Positions 1 to 13,599 of a stretch of DNA of 64,000 nt are shown in pieces. Numbering within the stretch: the stretch's first letter is position 1; the number at the start of each line of letters is the position of its first letter. The translations under genes were made by a program, and so were the position numbers. Location: assembly GCF_018977255.1 (NCBI RefSeq), contig NW_024704743.1, positions 14,262,001 to 14,326,000 on the forward strand, given 5' to 3'. The notes under the pieces were generated by a model. It saw nothing but the letters and a program-made list of their open reading frames with translations, was not told where the DNA came from and searched no databases. Source of the DNA: Callorhinchus milii. Lineage: Eukaryota.

Positions 1-639
1 CCTTATAGGCTTACAAGATCAACAATTGTGTCAGCACCTGATGAGTGGAACTATTTGTCTGTTTGTGCCTAGAAATAATCTTTATTTTTATTTACAAAAG
101 CACAGCAATTACTTTGAGTGCCGCATTTCAAATTTAAGTACTCTCCACCTGCCATGTTGCACTCAGCCTGTGTATGGATTGAAAAACAAATTATTTCCAT
201 AGTAATTCCTTAATAAGTCTGCGCGTTTAAATTATTACAACTCAATTCAGTGCAATCATCAACTCAATTGAATCCTTAATTTTCTGCTGACAAAAATGAT
301 GTAAATGGCACATGACACTTTTCCTGAAACCTATTCAAACATCAATCTGCATTAGTTTTCCATTCACAATATGACGATTCCCCTGGATTTGACCGAATGA
401 GACATGACAGGAAAGAATGACAGCCTTTAGTCAATCAGTTATACCACCAATAATGTGTTAAGTGCTCCAGGACACCACCCTGTGTGAAGGTGCTATATAA
501 ATGCAAGTTGTTATTGTTTTAAAATAAACACATTAAGGAATAAAAGGAGAAATCCAGTCAATCAGCAATCTGATAAAGAAAAATAGGTCAATTGTTTGAG
601 TGTCATACTTAGTTAGAACCTTTAATCAACCATTTGGAG

Positions 640-1000
640 TATAATAATCCTGGCATTTGATCTAGGCTTTATCAGGTCATCACAATTACTCAGAGTGCTT
701 CACAGGATTTACTGTAAAGTATAGTCATTGTATTTTCTGGGTGAATGCAGAAACAATTTGCACATAACAATGTCCCACAAACAGCCATGAGGTGACTGCC
801 CAATTTTATTTGGAGGATTGTTGACCAGGACCCCAGTAGAAAGTTTCTTCTCTTTTTGAATAGTGCCATGGAATCTTTAATGACCAACTGTACAGGCAGA
901 CGGGACCCTGGTTTAACATTTAATCAAAGGACAGCATCTTCTTCAATACAGCATACCCTCAGCACCGCATTGGAGTGTCGATCTTGCCCATGAAATCAAA
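640..1000 (-). mobile_element. Deu-domain SINE (old)
   Basis: Reverse complement has ttaaacc...ccgtctgcctgt...ttaaagattccatggcactattc...tgtgggacattg, typical of DeuSINEs. Confidence 0.75.
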
Positions 1001-1564
1001 TTTACCAGGACTAAAAATTCTATATCGAAATCCGTAATTCTGTAATCATTTAGTAGTACAGTATTCGCTTTTTGAGTACACATTTGTTGCAATCCTTTCA
1101 CAAAGGTTTAAGAAGGAAGACAACTAGGAGAAATTGCTTTGTGTTCTGTGGTTCAATGTCAGCCTTTAGAGGATATGGAATTAGTAGCCATAGAAACCCA
1201 CTGCTCTGAGTGCTAATAAATACAATTTGTAAACAGAGCACCAAGGGCTCTGGCAATTCATTGATATGATTTTACATGAGATCACAGCTTCATGGATGAC
1301 CATTATAATAAAACATGTTATCAATGGCCTTTCATAAAATCCTAATTTTACTTATTTATGCCAAACTTTTGAAACCTAGAAATATGTTATGAAAAGTCAC
1401 CATAGAGAACCTGGTGCCAATACTGGCTGCAATGTATAGTGAAAACAGGATCACACAGACAATTGAGTTAGCAAACCAACAGCTTCACCAGGGAGAAGGT
1501 TAGCTGGTAAGAGCTCAGTGGTGATGTTCTTCTGCTTAACTGAATTGTGCCACAGTTATACATT

Positions 1565-1830
1565 GATAATAATAATAATCCTTGGCATTTCCCTAGTGCC
1601 TTAGGCACTAGAGGTTAAGACGTCTCAGCACTTCACAGGATTTTTCTGCAAAGTGTAGTGACACTTTATGTTTGTAGGCAAATGCCACAGACAATTTGCG
1701 CACAACATTGTCCCACAAACAACTTGCACTGGAACAGCCATGAAGGTCCATGTTGCCCAGCATTGTGGAAGAAATTCTGTTCTCTTTTCAAGTACTGCCA
1801 TGGGATCTTTAACATTGTAAGTTCTTTCCT
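1565..1830 (-). mobile_element. Deu-domain SINE 3' part with (TAT)n tail
   Basis: aaagatcccatggcag... motif and tail. Confidence 0.7.
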
Positions 1831-3220
1831 GACCACCTTCTGTGACGTAATTATTTGCATCTGCTCCTGTGTCCCTTTCCAATTCTGCCTCGGCTCCCTG
1901 ATCTCTTTTAATTTTTATCTGTTTGTACTCATTCTTTCTCTTCCCTCCCCCTGAAAGCTTTGTAAGTCTTCCTCTTTCTTCACCTCCTGTTCAATTTTCC
2001 TGCAGCATCCATTTGCAGCAATTCTAATTTCTACACTGGGATACTCAGTCCACATTCCCCTGAATTTTGTAATACTGTAGAATGGGATTCTGAATCTTTT
2101 ACATGGGTGGAACGATCTTAAGGGCTCGGTACCCAACCCTTTTCCCATAGTTCATATCTGTAAGATTACAATGTAATACATTAGAATGATGTATTTCAAA
2201 AAAAAGTATTGCACAGATTGCAATGCAACTCGTTAGTCCAGAAATTGTGAAGCAATGCCTGGTTACTGTTATGGTTATTGAAGAGCCCTGGCTCTGTTGG
2301 GTGCTTAGTAATTTAACTGTGATTGTATTATTCTGGGCACTGACGTCCTTCCTCTAATTCAGCCTGAGCTCAGAGAGATCACTGTCAGATGATGAGCTTC
2401 TAATTGCCCACACTTTCCCCACTTGCTCAGAAATCTCTCAGCTTTAACGTAAGACCATGCAATTTAAGATTGCATACAATTTTGGAAAAGTTGTAAATTC
2501 AGTCTTGTTTAGGAAGCTCATTTTCCACAGGTTTTTTTTTGCCCGCTAGAGAAATCATTTTCTAAGTTATTACTGAACTTAAGACTAATTTCTAAAATTT
2601 AGCAACCTTAATTTAAGAGATTCAGAAGACTGGCTTCCAAATTTAAATATATCCAGCGAAATACTTTGAGGCATCTAATTACTTGATAAAGTCGTATATC
2701 AAATGCTAGAATTATATTATTAAAGTATATTCTTTGTTGCTGGCAAATTAATTGTAACTAGAGGCTGCACTTCACTGAATATAATACAGAAGAGCCTAAC
2801 CACAACTGCAACTGGCCCCATTCCATTGTAGATGTGAAAACAGTGTGGATATCAGGTCTTTGTGGTTTTGTGTGTATATCTCCCTCTGTCTCTAATCCTG
2901 TACTTAATCCGTGGATCAAATCTCTCCACCTCGTGCTGCTTGGATGAACTTCCAAACCTGGCGACCTCGGTGTATGTGTGCAAATTAAAATTTTTCCTAA
3001 CATTGCACGTAATTTCACTTAAGTGAACAAGAAGGTAATTGACATGTAGTTACGCAGCATTCGATTGTATTGGTAACACACTCTGAAATGGCAACATTTT
3101 CTTAATACAGTTCTAAGAGTGAACAGATTGAGAAAGAAACACCTGAAACAATCACTACACTTGACAGTAATTATGGTTTCCAAATGATTATGTGTTTGAT
3201 AGTTAACAAATTTGTAGGTT

Positions 3221-3865
3221 GTCAGCCTGCCTTAGTTGATAGTACTCGGAGTCAGAAGGTTGTGGGTTTAAGCCCCATGTTGGTACTTTGATCTAATAGT
3301 CTTCACTGACAATGGAGTGCTGGGGAAGTGCTACATTGCTGGAGGTGCTATCCTTCAGATGAGATGTTAAACTGAGGTCCCGTCTGGCTGTTCAGGTGGA
3401 TGTTAAAGATCTCATGGCATTATTCAAAAAGGGACCTTTGCCAACAATCCTCGAAAGAAAATTGTTCATTTACTGTTTGATAGACATTGCTTTGTGCAAA
3501 TTGACTGCTGGTTTCACCTACAAAACAGTCACTACACTTTATAGTAAATCCTGTGAACTGATTTGAGACATCCTGAGCCCTGTAGCATAGTGGTTAGAGC
3601 ACTTGCCTCAAAGGCAAGAGTACCTGAGTTTGATTCCCGGGCAGAGTGAAACGTTGGGCAAGTTTCCTTACACCACATGCCGCGTTTCGCCCACAAAATA
3701 TACAATCAATTAACTTCACGGTATATTCTGTGAAGCGCCTTGAGACATCACAAAGACGTGATAAGGCATACTATCAAATGCAACGATTATTATTATTACC
3801 CTCTGGATGTGAAAGGCACTATATTAAATGCAATGAATATTATTATTATTATTGTTGTTGTTATT
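3221..3865 (+). mobile_element. DeuSINE with an internally deleted tRNA-Ala SINE (3575-3797) inserted in its tail
   Basis: Deu body 3221-3574; second tRNA head tagcatagtggttagagc at ~3582; host tail resumes at 3798. Confidence 0.75.
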
Positions 3866-4274
3866 GCATTTTGTATCCCATCAACATCCTGTTATGTGAA
3901 TTTTGGTACTTAGTTAGGCTCAAGAAGCTTAAAAAAAGCACAGGAATTCCCCAGAATGGATGAGCTGTGCTCCAGGGTACTCTGAGAACCAAATAACTGG
4001 AAAGTAACCAAGAACAGGAACTCTGGCTGATCTTCGCCTCCAGGCCCAGGAGTACTGACACCTTGTTGAGACATCTTTAAGCACTCTGGGACGCGGGGCG
4101 CTATATAAGTGCAAGTTGTTGTTGTCGACACCAATTATATGAACCCTACTGCAGGATGAATGAGGTTAACTAACTCAGCATAGACCAGAGATTAAACCAG
4201 GCACCTGGGGGTCTGTATGACTTCATTTACGATAGCCATGCCTTTCGCAGGGGAAGTTATCACCGTTTCCACTG

Positions 4275-5389
4275 TGTTGCCTCTAATGGTTTCTCTTCCA
4301 GCCCCCACACTGTCACGTCTGGCATCTCCCAGGGCTCTGTCCTTGGCCCTCTCCTCTTTTAATATCTACATGCTCCCTCTTGGTGACATCATCCGCAGAC
4401 ATGGGGTCAACTTCCACATGTATGCGGATGACACCCAACATCTTTCTGCCTCCACCCTCAACTCCAGGACCACTGCTGTCCTGACAGACTGCCTGTCAGA
4501 CATCAAGTCCTGGATGAGGGCAAATTTCCTACAGTTGAATGTGAACAAAACTGAGGCCCTTAATTGGCTCGCGCCAGCGCCCAGCAGCTCAGGCTCTGGC
4601 AACATCAACCTCCATGGTTGCACACTTCAACTCACCAAGCCAGTTAGGAACCTGGGTGTCTTGTTCGACCTTCAACTGTCTTTTCTTCCCCACATCCAAG
4701 CCATGACCCGCTCTGCCTTCCCTCACCTCCGTAACATCGCCCGACTCCGCCACTACCTCACCCCTCAGGCCGCTGAAACTCTTGTTGATGCCTTCATCAC
4801 CTCCAGGCTCGACTATGCAAATGCTCTGCTTGTCGGCCTTCCCAACTCCTCCCTCCACAGGCTGCAGATAATCCAGAACTCTGCAGCCCGTGTCCTCTCC
4901 CGCACCAAACTCCGTGACCCCATCTCCCCCATTCTCGCCCAACTCCATTGGCTCCCTATCCTTCAGAGAATCCAGTTCAAAATCCAGGTCCTCACCTACA
5001 AAGCCCTCCATGGCCTCACCCCACCCTATCTCTGCGACCCCCTAACCCCCTACCAACCCGCCCGCTCACTCCGCTCAGCCGGCTCTGGCCTGCTCCGTGT
5101 CCCCCGACCCACCCGCCCCACCATTGGCGGGAGAGCCTTCAGCCACTCTGCCCCCAATCTTTGGAATTCCATCTCTCAATCACTCCGCCTCGCACCCTTC
5201 TTAGCCTCTTTCAAGTCCCGCCTCAAAATCCTCCTCTTCAACCATGCCATCAGTCACCCCCCTTCCCCTCCCCACTCTTCGCCCTCCCTGACCACAGCTC
5301 GGGTCTGAAATGCTGTACACTGTCCAGCGCCTTGGGACGTCCTCCCGACGTGAAAGGCGCTATACAAATGTAACCTTGTTGTTGTTGTT
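4275..5389 (+). mobile_element. 5'-truncated L2 LINE (RT C-terminal half, subfamily A)
   Basis: ORF 4217-5308 with [23 protein letters not shown]...RIQFK; 3' stem-loop and (GTT)n tail. Confidence 0.93.
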
Positions 5390-5729
5390 ATCAAACCTAC
5401 TTTTTGGGCGCTGTTGCAGCTGTGCCTGAGAGACATTGTTTATAAATACATGACTTGATGGCAGAAATCAAATTGAAACACTTTATTATATTGTCACTGA
5501 GGCTAAAAGAAGGGCTGATGTTTTAAAAGGCTTGTTACAATTTTATTTGTGAATGCCATGACTCTATAAATGCTCCACTGATGGTCTGATATATTCAAAG
5601 ATTGTGTCTTGGAAACAAAGATAGCGACAAAGAACAAGACTTTATTATTTTCTTTTATTGTGCTTTTATACCAGTGGGATATAGCTCCTTACCAATTGAG
5701 CTGGATCTGTTTGGTGTAGTCAGAGACAA

Positions 5730-6670
5730 TATTATAATAATAATAATAATCCTTGCATTTGATATAGCACATTATCATGTCTTCGAGACGGCGCAAAGTG
5801 CTTCACAGAATATACTGTAAAGTGAATTGACTGTATATTTTGTGGGATGAAACACAGCAGTCAATTGCTCACAGAAATGTCCCACAAACAGTTGTTTACA
5901 TTACTTGCATCACAATATGCATCACTTCTGCACCTACGTCAATGCAGTCAGGGACAAATTTGATATTGCGCTTTTCACTTCTATACGTCGCAAAGCGCTT
6001 CACAGAATATACTGTAAAGTGAAGTCACTGTATATTTGTGGGCAAAACATGGCAGCCATTTGCTTACAGCAAACAGTTGTGGATTGAAGTGAACAATTTA
6101 TTATTGTTTTTCTTGTTTTTTCTTGAGGGGTTATTATCGGGGTGTGGAGTAAGGAAACTTGTCCAAGATTTTGCCTGCTGGGAATTGCACACAGGTCTCT
6201 TGCTTGCAAGGCGAGTGCTCTAACCACTGAGCTACAGGACTCCTAGATCATAGCTCTAAACTGCAAGATATTTGGTGACAATTTTGAAAATGATATTCTT
6301 TCCTTATGCATGAGTAAAGAATAGAAATATCTGCCTCCTGAGTGATAGAATCTTTGTAGATTCTAAGAACATCCAAACAAGTTTCTGTAGCTTTTAACAC
6401 ACAAGCCTAAGAAAAGTTGGTTTGCAGTTCAACAGCACTTGTGGTGAGCTCTGCCACCTGTGACTATAATGATAATAAATAATAATAATAATCCTTGCAT
6501 TTGATATACTGCCTTATCACATTGTTGAGAATATACTGTAAAGTGAATTGACTGTATATTTTGTGGGCGAAACACGGCAGCCAATTGCACACAGCAGTGT
6601 CCCATAAATAGTTGTGGAATGAGTGACCAATTTTGAGGCGAGTGCTCCAACTAATACCCTACAAAACTCT
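5730..6670 (-). mobile_element. Cluster of three tRNA-Ala SINE copies/fragments
   Basis: (TAT)n tails at ~5730 and ~6465, a further 3' end at ~5960; tRNA head ending at 6243. Confidence 0.8.
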
Positions 6671-7190
6671 ACCTGCAGGTTAGAGGACTTGCACTGCCAG
6701 TGGCCCTTGAATCGTGCAGTTTGTGCTGATGGAGAGAAATTGTGGCAGGTGGTGGCAGCACGTCAATGACAGAAAGAATCTCTCAACCACAGCAGGAGTA
6801 GCAAACCAAGACTTGCACAACAGAGAACACGCAAGCCACAGGGCGAACAGCATACATAAATCCTACTACTAGAATGGTTGTTGCATATTGCTTTAATGAC
6901 TTAATTGGCAATTGGGCATTGACAATGAGAAGCAAGCAAGCATAAAAGGATTCTAGGAAAGTGACTTGGGCAGATTGTGGGAGAGAGTGAAAGTGTAAGG
7001 TTTAAATAAAGGAACTAGTGAATTGAAACTGTGTTTTGGATTAACAAACATTACAAGAGTAATCGTCATGTTTGTTTCACGAGAAGAAAGGGAAAATATC
7101 ACTTTAAACCTAGCATGATCTGTTGACAATATCTATAATGTGTTGTACTGTGAGATCAGTAGGAGCAGTTTGGATTGTTATTATTGTTAA

Positions 7191-8088
7191 TTCACAGATG
7201 ACACTAAACTAGGAGGGAGGGTGAACACCGAGGATGACATTAAAAAAATGCAACGAGATATAGATAGGCTAGGTGAGTGGGCAAATAGGTGGCAGATGAA
7301 GTATAATGCAGGGAAGTGTGAAGTCATCCACCTAGGTGGCAAAAACAGTAGAGCAGATTATTTTTTAGAAGGGGAGAGACTGGATAGTGTTAGCGTTCAA
7401 AGGGTCTTGGGTGTCCTTGTACGCCAGTCACAAAAAGTTAGTTTGCAGGTACAGCAAGCAATTAGGAAGGCTAATGGTATGTTGGCATTTGTTACAAAAG
7501 GGTTAGAATATAGGAGTAGGGAAGTCTTGCTGCAACTATATAGGGCCCTGGTGAGACTGTACCTAGAGTATTGTTTGCAGTTTTGGTCTCCTTATTTAAG
7601 AAAGCCTTGGAGGGGGTACAACGTAGATTCACTAGGTTGGTACCTGGGTTGACCAATTTAGGCCTATATTCTCTAGACTATAGAAGAATGAGACGTGATC
7701 TTATAGAAACCTATAAGATTATAAATGGGCATGACAGAATAGATAGTGGGAGATTTTTTCCCCTGGTTGGAGAAACTATAACCAGGGGGTCACAGTCTTA
7801 AAATTAGGGGTAAGCTCTTTTGCACTGAGTTGAGGAAAAATTCTTCACTCAGAGGATAGTGAATTTATAGAATTCTCTACCCCAAAGGGCTGCAGATGCT
7901 CAGTCCTTGAACATATTCAAGACTAAGATTGATAAATTTCTTGTGGATAAAGGGATTAAGGGATATGGGGATAAGGCAAGTAGGTGGAGTTAGAATAGAT
8001 CAGCCATGATCTTATTGAATGGCGGGGCGGGCTAGAGGGGCCGAATGGCCTCCTCCTGCTCCTATTTCTTATGTTCTTATGTTCTATG
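7191..8088 (+). mobile_element. 5'-truncated CR1 LINE
   Basis: FTDDTKLGG, WQMKYNAGKCEVIHLG, LYRALVRLYLEYC; (TTCTTATG)n tail. Confidence 0.93.
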
Positions 8089-8224
8089 TGTCCTGAAACT
8101 AAAACAGTGTCCTGAAGAATTATGGTACTCGTGTGTGTTTGTGCCTAAAGCATGTGGCTGACTGGAAACTGACTAGAGGGAATTTCAGGGTAGAATTTGC
8201 ATTCAAACAATTTCAACTGCAGCT

Positions 8225-8400
8225 TTTGTCAGCCTTGCTCAGTTGGTAGCACTCACTTCTGATGCTGAAGGTCCAGAAGAAATGTATGCTTGCAGTCTAG
8301 GCTGACACTTTAATTTAGTGCTGGGAGAATGAACGCTGCATATTAGGAGGTGCTACCCTGAGATGAGATGTTAAACAAAGTATCCGTCTGTCCAGGAGGA
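8225..8400 (+). mobile_element. DeuSINE 5' piece (continues at 13451-13555 and 14843-14960)
   Basis: tRNA-like head then ggaggtgctaccc...gagatgttaaac...ccgtctg; collinear later pieces. Confidence 0.7.
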
Positions 8401-8803
8401 GTCAGGAGAGCGCGGGGTGGAGCCGAGGCCTAGCAGCGGATATTAAAACCCAGCGAGGTGAGGAGCCATTCATTCAGGAGCGGAGTCAGGAGGTGAGGAG
8501 GGGGCGCTGATTTACAAAAGTGACGTCGGCGTGACGTGATAAATAAAAAAATGTCCTGGCAGCCCCTGGTCACTGCCATCCCAGCCATGACCACACAGCC
8601 TGAGGGCTGATGCCTTCCCGCTGATCACTCGCTCCCGGTCTCTGCGTGCGGGTTTTGGCTTCCGCCCTGACCCGAGCCTCCCCCTCCACTCTAAATGTCT
8701 CTCCTCCCACCCACTCTATCCACTACTCCCCCTCTGTCCTCTGTTCTACTCTCCCACCCTCCCCACCACCCCCCACCCCACCACACAACCCTCACCACAC
8801 CCT

Positions 8804-8824
8804 CCCCCCCCCCCCCCCCCCCCC
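8804..8824 (+). repeat. C21 homopolymer in the C-rich L2 leader (G-quadruplex-prone on the minus strand)
   Basis: Direct count. Confidence 0.85.
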
Positions 8825-10624
8825 ACCGCCGTCTCGTCTCTGTCTCCCCGGCACTGGCTGTCCCAGAGCAACAATCCCATGTGTCCCATCATTCACTCCC
8901 TCCGCTCAAACTGTCTCCTCAAGGCAAACCCAACTTCCCCCTCCCTCATTTGTACCCTCCCCAACTATCCACTCCCACCACACTCCACAGCCATCTCTCC
9001 TATATACCCTAAAATCCTCTCCGCATCACTTCTCCCTCTCAAACAAAGCCCTCACCATCCATGACCTCATCTGGACGAGGACCTCGACATTCTTGGGCTC
9101 ACAGAAACCTGGCTCCCCCCAATGACCCCATCCCCCGAGTTGAAGCCTCCCTTCCAGGCTACTCTTTCCACCACACCCCCTGTCCAAACCAATGTGGTGG
9201 CACGGTGGCCCTCATCTCCAAAGCCTCCTTTGGTCTTTCCCCCTACTCCTCTGGCTGCTTCCACTCCTTCAAACACCTCACCCTCTTCCATCCCTCTCTT
9301 CCACTGAAAATCTTCCTGGTCTACCACGCCCTAACCCCCGGCATCTTCCTCTCTGACATCTCTACTCTCCTCTCTTCCCTGTCCTTCTGCTCCGAACGCC
9401 TGCTCATAATGGGCGATTTCAACCTCCACCTAAATTCCCCTTGCACCACTTTTTCTGACTTCACTGCCCTCCTTTCCTCCCTAAACCTCACCCTTCACAT
9501 TAATTCACTGACCCACAACTGTGGCCATGCCCTCGACCTCGTCATCACTCACGGCCTTGACATTTCGACCTTAACATAATGGACAAGGCCATCTTGGACC
9601 ACTTCCTCTCACATCCCTCTCTCTTCCACAAGCACTCAACCATACTCTACCACCCATCGAAAAGGCTACCCCCTGAGACCCTCACAAAGGCCCTCACATC
9701 CGCCAATATCCTATCCGTCTGGCCTTCCACCCACGGAGATCCTGAAGCTGCCGTGCAGCTGCTCCATGATCGCCTTGCCTCCACCTTCAACTCCCTCGCC
9801 CCCTGAAATCCAGGACCATCTCCAAACCCACCCGATATAACAATCATTTCCGCTCCCTAAAAACCCAAACCCGGCTGCTCAAGTGCAGATGGCAGAAAAC
9901 TGGCCTGACAGTTCACCACCAACTGTGGCTCGAGCATCTCCATAGCTACCTCCATTCTTTGATGAGCGCAAAAGTGCCCTTCTACTCCAACATCATCTTG
10001 GAGGCAAAAAACAATCCCAAAGTTCTTTTTTCCACCACCCACTACCTCCTCCGTGTGCTCCCTCAGGCCTCCCCAATCTTCACATCCAATGCCAAATGCG
10101 AGGAGGTCATGGACTTCTTTTCATCCAAAATACATAACATCCGCCAGACAGCCTCATCCTCCTGCCTCTTGTCACCCACCACCACACGCTCTCCATTTCC
10201 CCTCACCCTCCCCATCACCAGCTCCTACCACGATCCCCATCCTACATTCCTTCCTCCCATCTCTCCCTCCTCCCTCTCACCCACCATCACCTCAATGAAA
10301 CCCACCACCTGCTGCCTCGACTCCCTCCCCACCAACTTGATGATCACCCAGCTCCCCCTCCCCTGCCCACTAATGGCTGATGTCATCAACCAGTCCCTCT
10401 CCTCTGGATCAGTCCCTGACCCCTCAAAACTGCTGTCAACACCACCCTCCTCAAAAAACCTTCCCTAGATCCCTCAAACCCCAGCCACTACCACGATACC
10501 TCTAATCTGCCCTTCCTCACAAAAGTCCTAGAACGCATTGTTGCCAATCAACTTTGCGCACCTCTTTCCTCCCACTCCCTCTTCGAACCCCTCCAGTCCG
10601 TTTTCCGCCCTGCTCACAGTACAG

Positions 10625-12291
10625 CAACAACAACAACAAGATTCCATTTATTGAGCGCCTTTCACGTCGGGAGGACGTCCCAAGGCGCTGTACAGTTGGG
10701 TCAGGACCCAAGCAGGGGGGAAATGGTCAGGGTGAGGGAAGGGAGGGAGCGAGGAGGGGGTAGAGAGTCGAGAGGGGAGCTGAAGGCACGGTCAAAGAGA
10801 AAGGTCTTGAGACCGGCCTTGAAGGAGGAAAGGGAGGAGGCGGCGAAGGCACTGGGGGATGGAGTTCCAGAGCCTAGGACCTGAGAGGCTGAAGGCCCGG
10901 CCACCGATGGTAGGGCGGTTGGGGCGGGGGATGTGGAGCAGACCGGAGCCAGAGGAATGGAGGGTACGGGCAGGTAGGTAGCGGGATAGTAGGTCGGAGA
11001 GGTAGGAGGGAGCAAGGCCGTGAATGGCCTTGTAGGTGAGGATGAGGATCTTGAATTCGATCTTCTGGGGGATGGGGAGCCAGTGGAGGCGAGCGAGGGT
11101 GGGAGTGATGTGGTCGCAAAGCCTGGTGCGGGACAGTACATGAGCTGCAGAGTTCTGAATGACCTGCAGCTTGTGGAGGGAGGTGACGGGAAGGCCGGCG
11201 AGGAGAGAGTTCCCATAGTCCAGCCTTGAGGTGATAAAGGCGTGGACCAGAGTTTCAGCCGCGTGAGGGGTGAGGTAGTGCCGTAGTCTGGCGATGTTCC
11301 GGAGGTGATGGAAGGCGGTGCCAGTTGTGGCGCGGATATGGGGGAGAAAGGACAGCTCAGGGTCGAACAGAACCCCAAGGTTTCTGACTGACTTTGAGAG
11401 GTGGAGAGTGCAGCCTTGGATGCTGATGCTGTCAGCGCCTGAGGTGCGGAGGCGCTGACGTGAGCCAATCAGGAGGGCCTCAGTTTTGCGCACGTTGAGC
11501 TGAAGAAAGTTATCTCTCGTCCAGGACTCGATGTCGGACAGGCAGCTGTCAGGACATCGGTGGTCGTGGAGTTGAGGGTAGAGGAGGAAAGGTAGAGTTG
11601 GGTGTCATCTGCATACATGTGGAAGTTGACCCCATGTCTGCGGATGATGTCACCGAGGGGGAGCATATAGAGGGTGAAGAGGAGGGGACCGAGGACAGAG
11701 CCTTGAGGGACACCGCACGAGACAGTGCGGGGGCCGGAGGAAAAACCATTCGTGGAGACAAAGTGAAGACGGTGGGAGAGGTACGACCTAAACCACTCAA
11801 GGACAGGGCCTTGAAGGTTGAGGTGGGAGGACAAGCGGTGGAGGAGGATAGCATGGTCGACCGTATCGAATGCTGCCGATAGGTCGAGGAGGACGAGGAG
11901 GCAGAGGGAGCCCTGGTCACAGATGGTCAGGATGTCATTGGTGACCTTGACCAGGGCAGTTTCTGTGCTATGGGCAGCACGGAAACCCGACTGAAGGGGT
12001 TCGAATAGTGAATGGTTGGAGAGGAAAGAGCGCAGCTGGGAGGCGACAACTCATTCCAGGACCTTGGACAGGAAGGGGAGGTTGGAGATGGGCCGATAGC
12101 TTGATAGCTGCGACGCATCGAGGGAGGGTTTTTTTAAGGTGGGAGTGATGGTGGCAGTTTTTAAGGGAATGGGAATAGAGCCAGAGGAGAGGTTGACGAT
12201 GTCTGTGATATGTGATATGTGGGGCGAGGAGGTGGAGCTGGGAGATAAGGAGTGGAGTGGGGATGGGGTCAAGGGAGCAGGTGGTGGGTTT
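10625..12291 (-). mobile_element. Younger 5'-truncated L2 (subfamily A) nested in the long L2
   Basis: [41 protein letters not shown]; CpG-rich; host sequence cacagtacag|cagagactg is continuous across it. Confidence 0.93.
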
Positions 12292-13599
12292 CAGAGACTG
12301 CGCTTGTGAAAGTTTCAAATGACATCTTCTCTATCTGTGACCCGGGCTCCCTCTGCCTCCTTGTCCTCCTGGACTTCTCCACCGCGTTCGACACAGTCGA
12401 TCACGCCATCCTCCTCCACTGCCTTTCCTCCGTCATCCACCTCAGTGGGACCGCACTCGCCTGGTTCGAGCCCTACCTCACAAACCACCAGCAGTACATC
12501 TGCACAAACGGCTTTTCCGCCCGCTCTCACCCGGTTACCTATGGGGTACCCCAAGAATCCATCCTTGGCCCCCTCCTCTTTCTGATCTATGTGCCTCCCT
12601 GTTGGAGATGTGGACGACACCCAACTCGATTTTTTCACCTCACATTGTGTTCCCCAGTCCCCTGATGTTCTGTCAGCCTGCCTGTCAGACATCAGGAGCT
12701 GGATGAGCGCAAATTTCCTTCAGCTGAATGTTGACAAGACGGAAGCCATACTCTTTGGCTCTCATCAACATCTAAAATCACATGGTTCTCACCTCCTCCA
12801 ACTACCCGACCTCCCTCTAAAACTCTCTGAACCGGTACACAACCTAGGCGTCAGGTTCGACCCCCAATTATCCTTCCTTTCCCACATCCGGTCCCTCACC
12901 AGCACTGCTTTCTTCTACCTCCGACGCATCGTCCGTCTCTGCCAATACCTCACTCCAAAAGCCGCTGAAATCCTGGTCCATGCCTTTGTCACCTCTCGGC
13001 TGGACTATTCAAATGCCCTCCTCACCGGTCTCCCCTCCACTGCCATTCACAATATTCAGGTCATCCAAAACTCTGCCACCCGCATTCTTACCCGTACGTA
13101 GCTCCACTCCCCGATTACCCCAGTCCTTGCCAGACTACACTGGCTGCCTGTCCCAGAGAGGATCGACTTCAAGATCCTCACCCTTGTCTTCAAATCCCTC
13201 CACTCCCCTGCACCCCCCTACCACCCTGACATCCTCTCTCCTCACAATAGTGCCTGTTGCCTTCGTTCCACCAGGTCTAGCCTCCTCCTTGTCCCCGGAA
13301 TCCTCCACTCCACCATCGGTGGTCATGCCTTTCCTTTCGACCGCGCTTTTGGTCACCTTCCTCCCCTTCCCCTGGCTTGGCCCTGGGATCTGTTACTGTG
13401 GAGCGCTCTGAGATGCCGTCCGGCGTTATATAAATCCAAGTTGTTGTTGTAAAGATCCCATGGTTCTATTCACAAAAAGGAGGGAATTTCTCCTGATGTC
13501 CTAGATACACTCCGAAAGATAAAATTGGTCATAATTTTTGAGCCATGGTTGTTTGTTACAACCATATTCATTACAACTACCCTTCCAAGCTTTCCCTCA

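Larger units (their letters stand above)
8401..13450 (+). mobile_element. Long, possibly full-length L2 LINE (subfamily B; APE + RT), interrupted by nested L2
   Basis: TETWL, MGDFNLHLN, GHALDLVIT endonuclease motifs; RT motifs resume at 12292; (GTT)n tail at ~13440; many frameshifts. Confidence 0.9.

Noticed and set aside
4217..5308. 363-aa ORF as a gene
   Set aside because: 5'-truncated L2 ORF2; the N-terminus is flanking DNA and off-frame sequence
8646..9125. Proline-rich 159-aa ORF as L2 ORF1
   Set aside because: Product of the C-rich leader and C21 tract; non-ATG start and no recognisable domain
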